Shown here piece by piece: positions 1 to 8,938 of a stretch of DNA of 43,604 nucleotides (positions are counted from its first letter, which is position 1; each line of letters starts with the position of its first letter). The notes under the pieces were generated by a model. The model saw nothing but the letters and a program-made list of their open reading frames with translations. It was not told the DNA's origin and made no database searches. The position numbers and the translations under genes were made by a program. The DNA comes from a bacterium (lineage in GTDB: Bacteria; Arandabacterota; Arandabacteria; Arandabacterales; JALGWA01): contig JASFEA010000008.1 of NCBI GenBank assembly GCA_050125095.1, forward strand, positions 1-43,604. The letters are read 5' to 3'.

Positions 1-501
1 ATAAACGGGGACGGGTTCTTCCGCATCACGCTGGCCGACGGCTCGTACGCCTACACAAGGGACGGCGCGTTCAAGCTCTCGGGCGACGGGAGGATAGTGA
101 ATACCGACGGCGAGCCCATGGATCCGGAGATAAGCATACCGGAGGGATCGACCGGCATCGTCATCGCCAGAGACGGCACGGTTAGCGTGACCATCGGCAA
201 CGAGATCGACCCTCAGGAAGTCGGAACCCTGGAGATCGTCAGGTTCATCAATCCGGCCGGCCTCAAGGCCATCGGCCGCAATCTCCTGGTGGAGACTCCG
301 GCTTCCGGCAACCCCATACCGGGTACGGCGGGACTCGACGGCTACGGCGAGATCTACCAGGGCTATCTGGAGACATCCAATGTCGAGATCGTGGAGGAGA
401 TGGTCAACATGATCGTCGCCCAGCGGGCGTATGAGATCAACTCCAAGGCGATCAAGACATCGGACGAGATGCTCGCGCAAGTCAACAATCTGGGAAGGTA
501 G
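1..501 (+). CDS. flgG: flagellar basal-body rod protein FlgG (5' truncated by window)
   Basis: Frame 1 open from base 1 (INGDGFFRITLADGSYAYTRDGAFK); C-terminal GYLETSNVEIVEEMVNMIVAQRAYEINSKAIKTSDEML rod motif; precedes flgA. Confidence 0.95.
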   Translation: MNGDGFFRITLADGSYAYTRDGAFKLSGDGRIVNTDGEPMDPEISIPEGSTGIVIARDGTVSVTIGNEIDPQEVGTLEIVRFINPAGLKAIGRNLLVETPASGNPIPGTAGLDGYGEIYQGYLETSNVEIVEEMVNMIVAQRAYEINSKAIKTSDEMLAQVNNLGR

Positions 502-504
502 GAA

Positions 505-1242
505 ATGAGAGCTAAGACCAAAGGATTGGCAACCGGTTTCGCCCTGGCCATCGCCCTGTCTTCAGTGGCGCCGGCATTCACCGGCGCCGCGGCGGCGACG
601 GGCCTCGCCGACAGGATAGCAGAGGAGACTGCGGAGTTCGTGACCCGGCGCGTGACGCTGCCCTATGACTCGATCAGTGTCGACGTCAGCGTGCCGGCCA
701 TAGCCGCCCGCGCGGCGGATGTCGCCCACTTCAGCGTGGATCTCTACGGTACACCCAGGGCCGTCGTGGGGACCGTGCCGGTAAAGGTCACGGTCACGCT
801 GCATGACGGCCAGAGCATTCCGTATGCGGCGACCGCCCGGGTCAGGATCTGGAGCGACGCGGCGGTCTCGGCCAGGAGGCTCAAGCGTCATGAGACGCTG
901 GACGAGGACGACGTGCGCATGGAAAGAAGGGAAGTCACCAATGCGATTGACGGGTACTTCGCCCGGGCCGAAGAGGTTACGGGAATGCGCACGACGAGGG
1001 TCATTTCCCCCGGCGGGCTTCTGATGGTGTCCAGTATTGAGCCTGTTCCGCTCATATGCAGGGGCTCAGCCGTGAGCGTTACAGTCGTCATCGGGGCCGT
1101 CGCCATCACTTCGAGGGGCAAGGCCCTCGAGGACGGCGATCTCGGCAGTCTCATAGAGGTGAGAGATTGCGCCACGGGCAAGCGGATGACCGGGGAGGTG
1201 GCCGGCGAAAACGCCGTCGTTCTAAACGTATCCAGACTCTGA
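505..1242 (+). CDS. flgA: flagellar P-ring formation chaperone FlgA
   Basis: Signal peptide, SAF-like region, C-terminal GKALEDGDLGSLIEVRD; position between flgG and flgH. Confidence 0.9.
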   Translation: MRAKTKGLATGFALAIALSSVAPAFTGAAAATGLADRIAEETAEFVTRRVTLPYDSISVDVSVPAIAARAADVAHFSVDLYGTPRAVVGTVPVKVTVTLHDGQSIPYAATARVRIWSDAAVSARRLKRHETLDEDDVRMERREVTNAIDGYFARAEEVTGMRTTRVISPGGLLMVSSIEPVPLICRGSAVSVTVVIGAVAITSRGKALEDGDLGSLIEVRDCATGKRMTGEVAGENAVVLNVSRL

Positions 1243-1253
1243 GGGAGGCCAAA

Positions 1254-1835
1254 TTGGACAGGAAAACACTTGTGGCGACGTTCGCGGCGCTTCTCGGTTT
1301 CTGCGTGATTGCGGGTTCCTGGACCGAGTGCCTCGCGGTCAAGTCGTTCTACACGGACGTAAAGGCCCGCGAAATAGGGGATGTCGTAACCGTGATGATC
1401 GTCGAGAAGACGCTTGCGTCCAACTCGTCGTCCATAGTCACGGAAAAGGAAACATCGATCGGAACCGAGGGCGGGGGAACCGGGGCCCTGGACTTCATAC
1501 CGTCCTTCGGCTTTGAGGGAACCGTGACCAAGGACCACGAGGGGCTCGGAACGACATCCAGGCGGGGAAGCATAGTCGGCCAGATGGCTGCCGTCGTTGT
1601 AGACGTTACCGACAGCGGCAACCTCATAATCCAGGGCGAAAAGCAGATCGTCGTGAACGACGAGACCGAGATCCTCGTTCTCAAGGGAATCGTACGGCCT
1701 CAGGACGTCAGCGGCGACAATGTGGTCATATCTACCGATATTGCGAGCACTGAAATAACCTACAAGGGCAAGGGTATGGTCTCAAACTACTCCAAGCCAA
1801 GCATCATTACCAGACTCCTAACCTTATTCTTTTAA
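1254..1835 (+). CDS. flgH: flagellar L-ring protein FlgH
   Basis: FYTDVKAREIGDVVTVMIVE and GNLIIQGEKQIVVN...GIVRPQDV motifs; TTG start at 1254 chosen from GGAGG at 1244-1248. Confidence 0.9.
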   Translation: MDRKTLVATFAALLGFCVIAGSWTECLAVKSFYTDVKAREIGDVVTVMIVEKTLASNSSSIVTEKETSIGTEGGGTGALDFIPSFGFEGTVTKDHEGLGTTSRRGSIVGQMAAVVVDVTDSGNLIIQGEKQIVVNDETEILVLKGIVRPQDVSGDNVVISTDIASTEITYKGKGMVSNYSKPSIITRLLTLFF

Positions 1836-1847
1836 ACGGGTGAGCCA

Positions 1848-2969
1848 ATGCGAAAAAGAAAGCTCATAACAGGACTTCTGATTCTGTTCTTCATTGTCGT
1901 CGGGCCCGCGGCGCCCAACGCGGCTCCGCGGATCAAAGACATCTGCAGAATAGGCGGGGCCGAGAGCACCCAGCTGATCGGCTATGGCCTGGTTGTCGGG
2001 CTCGACGGATCGGGTGACAGCAAAGGGACCCAGTTCACCGTGCATTCAGTGGTGAACATGCTCACCCGTATGGGCATAACCGTTCCAGAGAATAAAGTGC
2101 GTACAAAGAACGTCGCCGCCGTGATGGTGTCGGCTTCTCTCCCTTCGACTGCCAGGGAGGGCATGAAGGTGGATGTAACCGTATCGTCCCTGGGTGACGC
2201 CAAGAGCATCCAGGGAGGGGTTTTGCTCATGTCGCCTCTCGCAGACCCCGACGGGAATTTCCGCGCGCTGGCGCAGGGGCCGGTGTCGGTAGGAGGTTTC
2301 AAAATAGGCGGAGAGGGCGGCGACGCAGTCGGCCAGAACTTCACGCTGGTCGGCCGCGTCCCGAACGGGGCGACGGTTGAGAACACCGAGAACCTTCCCG
2401 CCGCAGCCCTGGACTTCATAGACATTGCGCTTTACACGCCCGACTACACGACGGCTTCGCGCGTCTGCGAAGCCATCAGGGAGCGGCACGCCGACGCCGA
2501 CATCGAGTGCGTCGATGCCGGGCTGGTCAGGGTCGCGGTGCCGGCGGAAGTGAAGGAGACGGGCGATGTTGTGACTTTCATAGCCGGCATCGAGAACGCG
2601 ACGGTGAATCCCGACGCGCCGGCCATCGTCGTCATAAACGAGCGTACCGGAACGATCGTCGCCGGCGGCAACGTGACCATCGGCGAAGTGGCGATAGCCC
2701 ACGGCAACCTGAGCGTGGAGATAAGCGCGAGGCCGCTCATATCGCAGCCGTCGGCCTTTTCGCGCAGGGGCGACACTGTAGTGGTCCCGGACAGTGAGGT
2801 CAGCGTAAACGTCGACTACCACCAGCTATATGCGATGGATGAGGCGGCCAGTGTGGCGGATGTGGCACGGGGTCTCAATGCGCTTGGCGTGAGCCCGAGG
2901 GACACGATCGCCATTTTCCAGGCCCTCAAGGAAGCAGGCGCCCTCAGGGCCAAGATCAGGATTCTCTAG
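1848..2969 (+). CDS. flgI: flagellar P-ring protein FlgI
   Basis: RIKDI...LIGYGLVVGLDGSGD, KNVAAVMV, INERTGTIV, LKEAGALRA motifs. Confidence 0.97.
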   Translation: MRKRKLITGLLILFFIVVGPAAPNAAPRIKDICRIGGAESTQLIGYGLVVGLDGSGDSKGTQFTVHSVVNMLTRMGITVPENKVRTKNVAAVMVSASLPSTAREGMKVDVTVSSLGDAKSIQGGVLLMSPLADPDGNFRALAQGPVSVGGFKIGGEGGDAVGQNFTLVGRVPNGATVENTENLPAAALDFIDIALYTPDYTTASRVCEAIRERHADADIECVDAGLVRVAVPAEVKETGDVVTFIAGIENATVNPDAPAIVVINERTGTIVAGGNVTIGEVAIAHGNLSVEISARPLISQPSAFSRRGDTVVVPDSEVSVNVDYHQLYAMDEAASVADVARGLNALGVSPRDTIAIFQALKEAGALRAKIRIL

Positions 2970-2987
2970 GCAAGAGGCGGAACACAA

Positions 2988-3824
2988 ATGGCTTTAACTG
3001 GCATAGTCAACGGCGTCGAGAAGGCACTGACGGCCTCCCGCGCCGGGCTCGCGGACCGGGCGGCGAAAGGGTCGCCCTCGAAGGCCGTGAGGAAGATCAC
3101 GGATGAACATGAGATAGCCAAAGCCAGGAAGGCCTGCCAGGATTTCGAAGCCATATTCATACACAAGATGCTCGAGTCGATGCGGGCGGCTTTCGAATCG
3201 CAAAATGAAGAGGACGAGGACTTCGGCGGAGACCTTTTCAAGTCGATGATGGACGAGCAGCTGGGAGTGGCTCTTGCGAGGGCCGGGGGCATTGGCCTTG
3301 CGGATATTCTCGGAGAGAGCCTGGGCGTCGAGGATGACGAGGCGCGGTCAGCCGCCGGCTCGCCCCTCGCCTTCCCCACCGAGGTGGGATTGAGGGCCTA
3401 TGAGGAGAGCAGGACCCTGGAGGGCGTCGACTATTACGGGCCGGCCATCAGGGCGGCGGCGAGCGATTCGGGCGTCAGCGAGAACCTGATCAAGGCGGTC
3501 ATCCTCCAGGAGTCGGGCGGCGACCCGAGAGCCATCTCGAGCAGGGGGGCCAAGGGCCTGATGCAGCTCATGGACGCCACGGCTGAGGAACTCGGGGTCA
3601 GGAATTCCTTCAATCCCGTGGAGAACATAAGCGCGGGCGCCAGGTACCTGGGCGATCTGCTCAGGGAGTTCAAGGGCGACCTCGAGCTCGCGCTGGCCTC
3701 ATATAATGCCGGGATCGGGGCCGTAAGAAAGTTCGGGGGCGTTCCACCCTACAGAGAAACTCAAGACTACGTGAAGAGCGTGATGGCCAGGCTCGACAAG
3801 CTGAACAGGGCATCGGGAGGATAA
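2988..3824 (+). CDS. flgJ: FlgJ-like rod-binding domain fused to SLT lytic transglycosylase domain
   Basis: ACQDFEAIFIHKMLESMR (rod-binding) plus QESGG..GAKGLMQLM..ALASYNAG (SLT); follows flgI. Confidence 0.85.
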   Translation: MALTGIVNGVEKALTASRAGLADRAAKGSPSKAVRKITDEHEIAKARKACQDFEAIFIHKMLESMRAAFESQNEEDEDFGGDLFKSMMDEQLGVALARAGGIGLADILGESLGVEDDEARSAAGSPLAFPTEVGLRAYEESRTLEGVDYYGPAIRAAASDSGVSENLIKAVILQESGGDPRAISSRGAKGLMQLMDATAEELGVRNSFNPVENISAGARYLGDLLREFKGDLELALASYNAGIGAVRKFGGVPPYRETQDYVKSVMARLDKLNRASGG

Positions 3825-3825
3825 A

Positions 3826-4323
3826 TTGCATTCTCAAGATTTGTCTAATCTTGTCGATATTATAAGTGGCGAAGTTGACCTTTTACGCAAACTGCATTCT
3901 GCGCTCAAAGATGAACAAGACGCTCTGGTACGGGGAGACGCCGAGGGCATCAGGGAACGGGTGGAGGTGCAGATAGGGGCCATAAAGGACCTCATAGCGC
4001 TCGAGGAAGAGCGGAAGGCAGCGTTTCGGGCGCTGTGCCCCGAAGAGGCGTCTGATTCTGAAGTCAAACTGGATACCATAATCGGCCTGGCCGGAGGGGA
4101 GCAGGCCGAGCACCTGACGAGCATGAAGGCCTCGATGCGCGAGGTGCTCAAGTCGCTGGGCGAGGTCAACCGGCAGAACGACGTATTGATACGGCAGTCA
4201 ATGTCATATGTCGACCGCATGCTCCGTGCGCTGGCCGGCGAGAATGCCGGTTCGCAAGTCTATAACGCCAGCGGCGCGGTCAAAGGCGCCACCGGGCAGA
4301 TCGCAGTCGACAGGGAAGCGTGA
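3826..4323 (+). CDS. flgN: flagellar export chaperone FlgN
   Basis: Helical 165 aa protein, NRQNDVLIRQSMSY...YNASG C-terminal pattern; directly upstream of flgK. Confidence 0.8.
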   Translation: MHSQDLSNLVDIISGEVDLLRKLHSALKDEQDALVRGDAEGIRERVEVQIGAIKDLIALEEERKAAFRALCPEEASDSEVKLDTIIGLAGGEQAEHLTSMKASMREVLKSLGEVNRQNDVLIRQSMSYVDRMLRALAGENAGSQVYNASGAVKGATGQIAVDREA

Positions 4324-4348
4324 GCGGGACAAAGCAAGAGGCGGTAAT

Positions 4349-5725
4349 ATGATCGGACTTACAGCAGGGCTCGAAGTAGCGCGCAAGGCGCTGTCATCGT
4401 ACCAGCTTGCCCTTACGGTGTACGGAAACAATATCGCCAACGTCGATACGCCGGGATACTCGAGGCGAACTCTGCTCCTGAGCGAAGGCGAAGGCCACAG
4501 GGTCCCGGCGGGACGCATCGGCCTCGGGGTGGACGCCGTCACCATACGCAGGATGCGCGATTCCTTTTTGGATGACGCCTATCGCCGCGAAAGCACATCG
4601 CTTGGGATGTATGAGTCCCTCGAGCAGACCCTTGCCGAGATAGAGATGGTCTTCGGCGAACCCGGCGAATCCGGCCTCAGCACTACGCTCAACGAGTTCT
4701 GGGATTCATGGCAGGAACTCGCCAACCAGCCGGAGAGCCAGACCGTAAGGACCCTGGTCAGGGACAAGGCCCGGGCGCTGGCGCGCGTGCTCCATCAGAT
4801 GGACAGGAGTCTCGTAAACCAGGTGCAGGCGCTCGACACCCAGGTGGACGCCTACGTGAATGAAATCAACGGCATAGCCGAGGCGATAGCCGGCTATAAC
4901 GCCAGGATCGTATCGAGTGAGGCATCGGGCCATGAGGCCACCGACCTCAGGGACCAGCGCGACCTCCTGGTCGACCGGCTCTCTTCGCTGGTCGACGTTC
5001 AGGTGTACGGGCGGGACGACGGTTCCATTTCGGTGATGATGGGATCCGAGGCGCTTGTGGAGCGCGCGGACTTTGTGCGGCTCTCGACGGCGTCGGTATC
5101 CCGCGGCGGAATCGCGGTAAGGGAAGTCCGTCTGGGCGACATCGCGCGTACCATAGTCCCAGCCGGGGGCGAACTCGGCGGGGCTATCCGGAGCCGCGAC
5201 GAGATTCTGCCGGAGTACAGGGACGATCTCAACGAGATCGCCCGGGCGGTGGTCGAGTCGGTCAACGCCTCGCATAGAAGCGGGTACGCGCTGGACGGCA
5301 CCACCGGCCGCGACTTCTTCGACCCGGCGGGCGTCACTGCCGAGACAATAGACGTCTCGGCGATCATACTGGGTGATGTCAGCCTGATTGCCGCGTCATC
5401 CGACGGTTCGGTCGGCAACGGCGACAACGCTCTGGCCATCGCAGGCCTGAGGTACGCCCAAATCACGGCAGACGGTTCGACTCTGGACGATTACTACGCA
5501 TCGGTAGTGGGCTCGCTCGGTATAGCGTCGGAGAGCGCTTCGACCAGCTACGAGCGCGCTGAACTGCTGGTTCTGGAAATAGAAACACGGCGCGAAAGCG
5601 TAAAAGGCGTATCCATCGACGAGGAGATGACCAACCTGATCGCGGCACAGCATGCCTATGAGGCTTCGGCCAAGGTCATCAGCATCGTCGACGAGATGAT
5701 GGACACAGTTCTCTCAATGTTGTGA
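4349..5725 (+). CDS. flgK: flagellar hook-associated protein FlgK
   Basis: GNNIANVDTPGYSR, GVSIDEEMTNL..QHAYEASAKV; ATG 4349 chosen over the upstream ORF start. Confidence 0.95.
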   Translation: MIGLTAGLEVARKALSSYQLALTVYGNNIANVDTPGYSRRTLLLSEGEGHRVPAGRIGLGVDAVTIRRMRDSFLDDAYRRESTSLGMYESLEQTLAEIEMVFGEPGESGLSTTLNEFWDSWQELANQPESQTVRTLVRDKARALARVLHQMDRSLVNQVQALDTQVDAYVNEINGIAEAIAGYNARIVSSEASGHEATDLRDQRDLLVDRLSSLVDVQVYGRDDGSISVMMGSEALVERADFVRLSTASVSRGGIAVREVRLGDIARTIVPAGGELGGAIRSRDEILPEYRDDLNEIARAVVESVNASHRSGYALDGTTGRDFFDPAGVTAETIDVSAIILGDVSLIAASSDGSVGNGDNALAIAGLRYAQITADGSTLDDYYASVVGSLGIASESASTSYERAELLVLEIETRRESVKGVSIDEEMTNLIAAQHAYEASAKVISIVDEMMDTVLSML

Positions 5726-5744
5726 TCGCGTTAGGAGGGTGTGT

Positions 5745-6860
5745 ATGCGTGTTACGGCAGCAATGGTGAGGTCGCGGATTCTGCACAACATGAGTTCCAC
5801 CCTGGACGTGCTTCAGACCACGCAGACCCAGCTCGCCACGGGTAAAAGGGTGCTAAAGCCATCGGACGACCCGGTGGCCACCGCGAAGGCTCTGAATCTG
5901 CGCACCGTACTCAGGGACAACAATCAGTTCATGGAAAACATAGACGACGCATCGGGGTGGATGACAGCCACCGAGGCGGCGGTCAACGATATGGTTCTGC
6001 TTCTGACCGAACTCAAGGAGGCGGCGGTGTCGGGCGCCAACGACACCAAGGGCGAAGACGAACGCGCGGCTATCGCCGAACAGGTCGAGCATTTGCTCGA
6101 GAGCCTGATCGACATGGCCAATACCAGGTATGGAGACCGCTACGTCTTCGCTGGGACGCATACGCTGACGAAGCCTTACTCGGCCGACCACTCGGTTCCG
6201 GCCGAGGGCTTCACCTTCATCGACGACCAGTGGCTGGATCTCGGGAACACGAGGCTGGTATCGGGCAGCGTGGTCGTGTCGGACGGGGTCGGAGGCACTT
6301 TTACCGAAGGCGTCGACTATGAGATAGACTACGCCGACGGGAGAATAAGAAGGCTCCCGGCGGGTTCCATGTCAATCGGCACCGCCTATACGGTATCTTA
6401 CACGTCCGAGGACATCACGGGCGTGAACCTGGACGCCCCGGACACGACGGGCCTGGTGAACCGGGAAATCGCACCCGGAGTGCTCGAGGCCATAAATGTC
6501 GGAGGCGAGGAAGTCCTGGATTCCGGGATAGACATCTTCGGACTCCTCGTGGATGTCAGGAACGCCCTCTATCGCAACGACGGGGCGTCTGTAAATGCCA
6601 GCCTGGACACAATTGAGGGCGCCATGGATCAGGTCAACACGGCCCTGGGCAAGGTGGGAGCGCTCCAGAGGTCTTTCGAACTGACGCGCGGAAGGCTGGA
6701 AACCGAGAATACGAATCTCAAGGCCATGATTTCCGAACTCGAGGATGCTGACATGGCCGAGGTCGCCATGAAGCTTCAGAACAAGCAGCTGGCCTATGAA
6801 GCGGCGCTCGCCACGGCGGCGTCGATAATGAATACGACCCTGTTGAACTATCTTCAATAG
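5745..6860 (+). CDS. flgL: flagellar hook-associated protein FlgL
   Basis: MRVT..., QLATGKRVLKPSDDP, EDADMAE...TLLNYL; AGGAGG at 5733-5738. Confidence 0.95.
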   Translation: MRVTAAMVRSRILHNMSSTLDVLQTTQTQLATGKRVLKPSDDPVATAKALNLRTVLRDNNQFMENIDDASGWMTATEAAVNDMVLLLTELKEAAVSGANDTKGEDERAAIAEQVEHLLESLIDMANTRYGDRYVFAGTHTLTKPYSADHSVPAEGFTFIDDQWLDLGNTRLVSGSVVVSDGVGGTFTEGVDYEIDYADGRIRRLPAGSMSIGTAYTVSYTSEDITGVNLDAPDTTGLVNREIAPGVLEAINVGGEEVLDSGIDIFGLLVDVRNALYRNDGASVNASLDTIEGAMDQVNTALGKVGALQRSFELTRGRLETENTNLKAMISELEDADMAEVAMKLQNKQLAYEAALATAASIMNTTLLNYLQ

Positions 6861-6897
6861 ACGTTCATGAAAGCAGTGGTTGAAAGGGGAAGGCAAC

Positions 6898-7365
6898 ATG
6901 AACATCAAGACATCACGGTTCGGTGAAGTCGCCATAGACGACGACGCGGTGATCTCCATGCCCGAGGGCATGCTGGGCTTCAGCGAGATCACCAGGTACG
7001 TGCTGATCCAGCACCGCGACGGCTCCCCATTCCTCTGGTACCAGGCCGTTGACGAGCCGAACCTCGCGTTCGTGGTCGTGGACGCCTTTACGTTCTTCCC
7101 GGATTACGAAATCGTAATGTCCACAGATGACGTGGAGGTGCTCGACTGCAAGAAGCCGGGGGACCTGGCCGTTTTCCTGGTCGTGGTCATTCCGGACAAT
7201 CCGGAGGAGATGACGGCCAATCTCAGGGGACCTCTTGTAATTAACGTCTCCAACAAGGTCGCCAGGCAAGTGGTGCTAACGGATGACAAGTATTCGCCGC
7301 ATCACTCGATCATGGAGGAGATGAGGAAGCGCCTGCCGGCAGAGGAGCTCCCCAGCACAAAGTAA
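6898..7365 (+). CDS. fliW: flagellar assembly factor FliW (CsrA antagonist)
   Basis: TSRFGEV, PEGMLGF, TANLRGPLVIN, QVVL motifs; upstream of csrA. Confidence 0.95.
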   Translation: MNIKTSRFGEVAIDDDAVISMPEGMLGFSEITRYVLIQHRDGSPFLWYQAVDEPNLAFVVVDAFTFFPDYEIVMSTDDVEVLDCKKPGDLAVFLVVVIPDNPEEMTANLRGPLVINVSNKVARQVVLTDDKYSPHHSIMEEMRKRLPAEELPSTK

Positions 7366-7376
7366 AAGGGGCTGAC

Positions 7377-7634
7377 ATGCTCGTTCTCAAGAGAAAAGAA
7401 GGCCAGTCAATAGACGTTGGCGATAACGTCAGGATCGTCCTCAGAGAGATTCGCGGGGGACATGCCAAGATCGGCATCGTAGCGCCGAAGGGAATAAGGG
7501 TCAAGAGGACTGAGATTGAGGAAAGCGTGGCCCGGGAGAACATCAAGGCTGTTGAATCAAGCGGCGACGTCAATACCAGGCTCACCGAGATAGTCCAGCA
7601 GCTGGACTCGAAGAAGCTGCTTAAGGAGGAATAG
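7377..7634 (+). CDS. csrA: carbon storage regulator CsrA with C-terminal extension (FliW-type)
   Basis: MLVLKRKEGQSI..GD, IGIVAPKGIRVKRTEI, ENIKA extension. Confidence 0.9.
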   Translation: MLVLKRKEGQSIDVGDNVRIVLREIRGGHAKIGIVAPKGIRVKRTEIEESVARENIKAVESSGDVNTRLTEIVQQLDSKKLLKEE

Positions 7635-7636
7635 CG

Positions 7637-8800
7637 TTGGAGCTTCGTAGGGAGTGCAGGCATTTTCCGGGTGACCGGCCCTGCCGGTTTCATAAGGAAA
7701 CAGGTGTCATATGCCCGGAATGCTCCCATTTCTCTGAACGCGGCACGAGCGTACTCATAATAAAGCTCGAGGCGCTGGGGGACGTGCTTCGTACGACCTC
7801 GGTCCTGCGGGCGCTACACAGGCGGTATGAGCCCTGCTCCGTGACCTGGGTTACGTCGAGGGCCGCTACCGCCCTTTTCGCGGGGAATGATCTCGTCGAT
7901 GAAGTTCTCGCCGCGTCCGATGCCGCGATTCCAATGCTGCAGGCCAGGGAGTTTGATCTGGTCATCAATCCAGATGCATCTCCCATGTCATGCGCCCTGG
8001 CAAGTATGGCTAGGGGCAGGAGGAAGCAGGGTTTCACTTTGAGTCCCGAGGGCCATGTCGAGCCCCTGGGCGCTGCGGCGGAAGAGTGGTTGCGCCTGGG
8101 TTCCTTCGATCACCTCAAGAAAGAAAACCGGAAAACCTATCAGCGGATACTTCACGATATGTGCGAGCTCGACCCGGCCGGCCAGCATATCGTCCTCAAC
8201 CTTACCGAGAACGAAAGCAGCAATGCCGCCAGCATGAAGCGGCTGCTGGAGCCGGGGTGCCGGGGCCCCATAGTCGGCGTCAACACAGGAGCCGGAGCGC
8301 GCTGGACGCATAAGAAGTGGAGAGTGGACGGGTTCATTGAACTTATCGGCATGCTCCTCGATGAGACCGACGCCGGCGTCATGCTGCTGGGCGGCACGGC
8401 GGAGCGCGAACGGAATGCGAGGATCAAATCCCATTTCGGGTCGAGAGTGGCCGACGCTTGCCAGGAGAATCTGCGTGACTTCATAAGGGAAGTGGGGCTG
8501 TGCGACGTGGTTGTGACGGGCGACACGCTGGCTCTCCATGCGGCGCTGGGCCTCAAGAAGCGCGTGGTCGCGCTCTTCGGCCCCACCTCGCCGTGGGAAG
8601 TGGATGTCTATGACCTGGGCCAGAAGATAGTCGCGGGCCTTGACTGCGTCTGCTGCTACAAAGCCGATTGCGACAATAAGCCCAACTGCATGGACATGAT
8701 AGACGCACGGGAAGTGTTCCGGGCCCTGATCGAGGAGCTGGAGCATGTGCGAAGAGAGGTAATTACTGAGAAGATAATGGTTGGCGAGCCAGGTCGCTGA
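7637..8800 (+). CDS. glycosyltransferase family 9 (heptosyltransferase-like) with Cys-rich termini
   Basis: IIKLEALGDVLRT, VTGDTLALHAA..VALFGPT motifs; TTG start with AAGGAGG inside the csrA end. Confidence 0.85.
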   Translation: MELRRECRHFPGDRPCRFHKETGVICPECSHFSERGTSVLIIKLEALGDVLRTTSVLRALHRRYEPCSVTWVTSRAATALFAGNDLVDEVLAASDAAIPMLQAREFDLVINPDASPMSCALASMARGRRKQGFTLSPEGHVEPLGAAAEEWLRLGSFDHLKKENRKTYQRILHDMCELDPAGQHIVLNLTENESSNAASMKRLLEPGCRGPIVGVNTGAGARWTHKKWRVDGFIELIGMLLDETDAGVMLLGGTAERERNARIKSHFGSRVADACQENLRDFIREVGLCDVVVTGDTLALHAALGLKKRVVALFGPTSPWEVDVYDLGQKIVAGLDCVCCYKADCDNKPNCMDMIDAREVFRALIEELEHVRREVITEKIMVGEPGR

Positions 8801-8938
8801 CATGAGACGCGTGGTCGACGCACGCTGACTCCAACGTGAACCTAAGACTCGCCAACCTTCTGATTAAGCCGACTTGCCGAAGCCCCAGATTCCGAAGACG
8901 CCGGGGCTGCGGAGGAACCGCAGAAGGAGACCCCAGGG

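Noticed and set aside
8811-8821. 11-nt complementarity (GTGGTCGACGC) to the flagellin leader at 15522-15532
   Set aside because: Short, GC-rich and built around a palindromic GTCGAC; chance match likely
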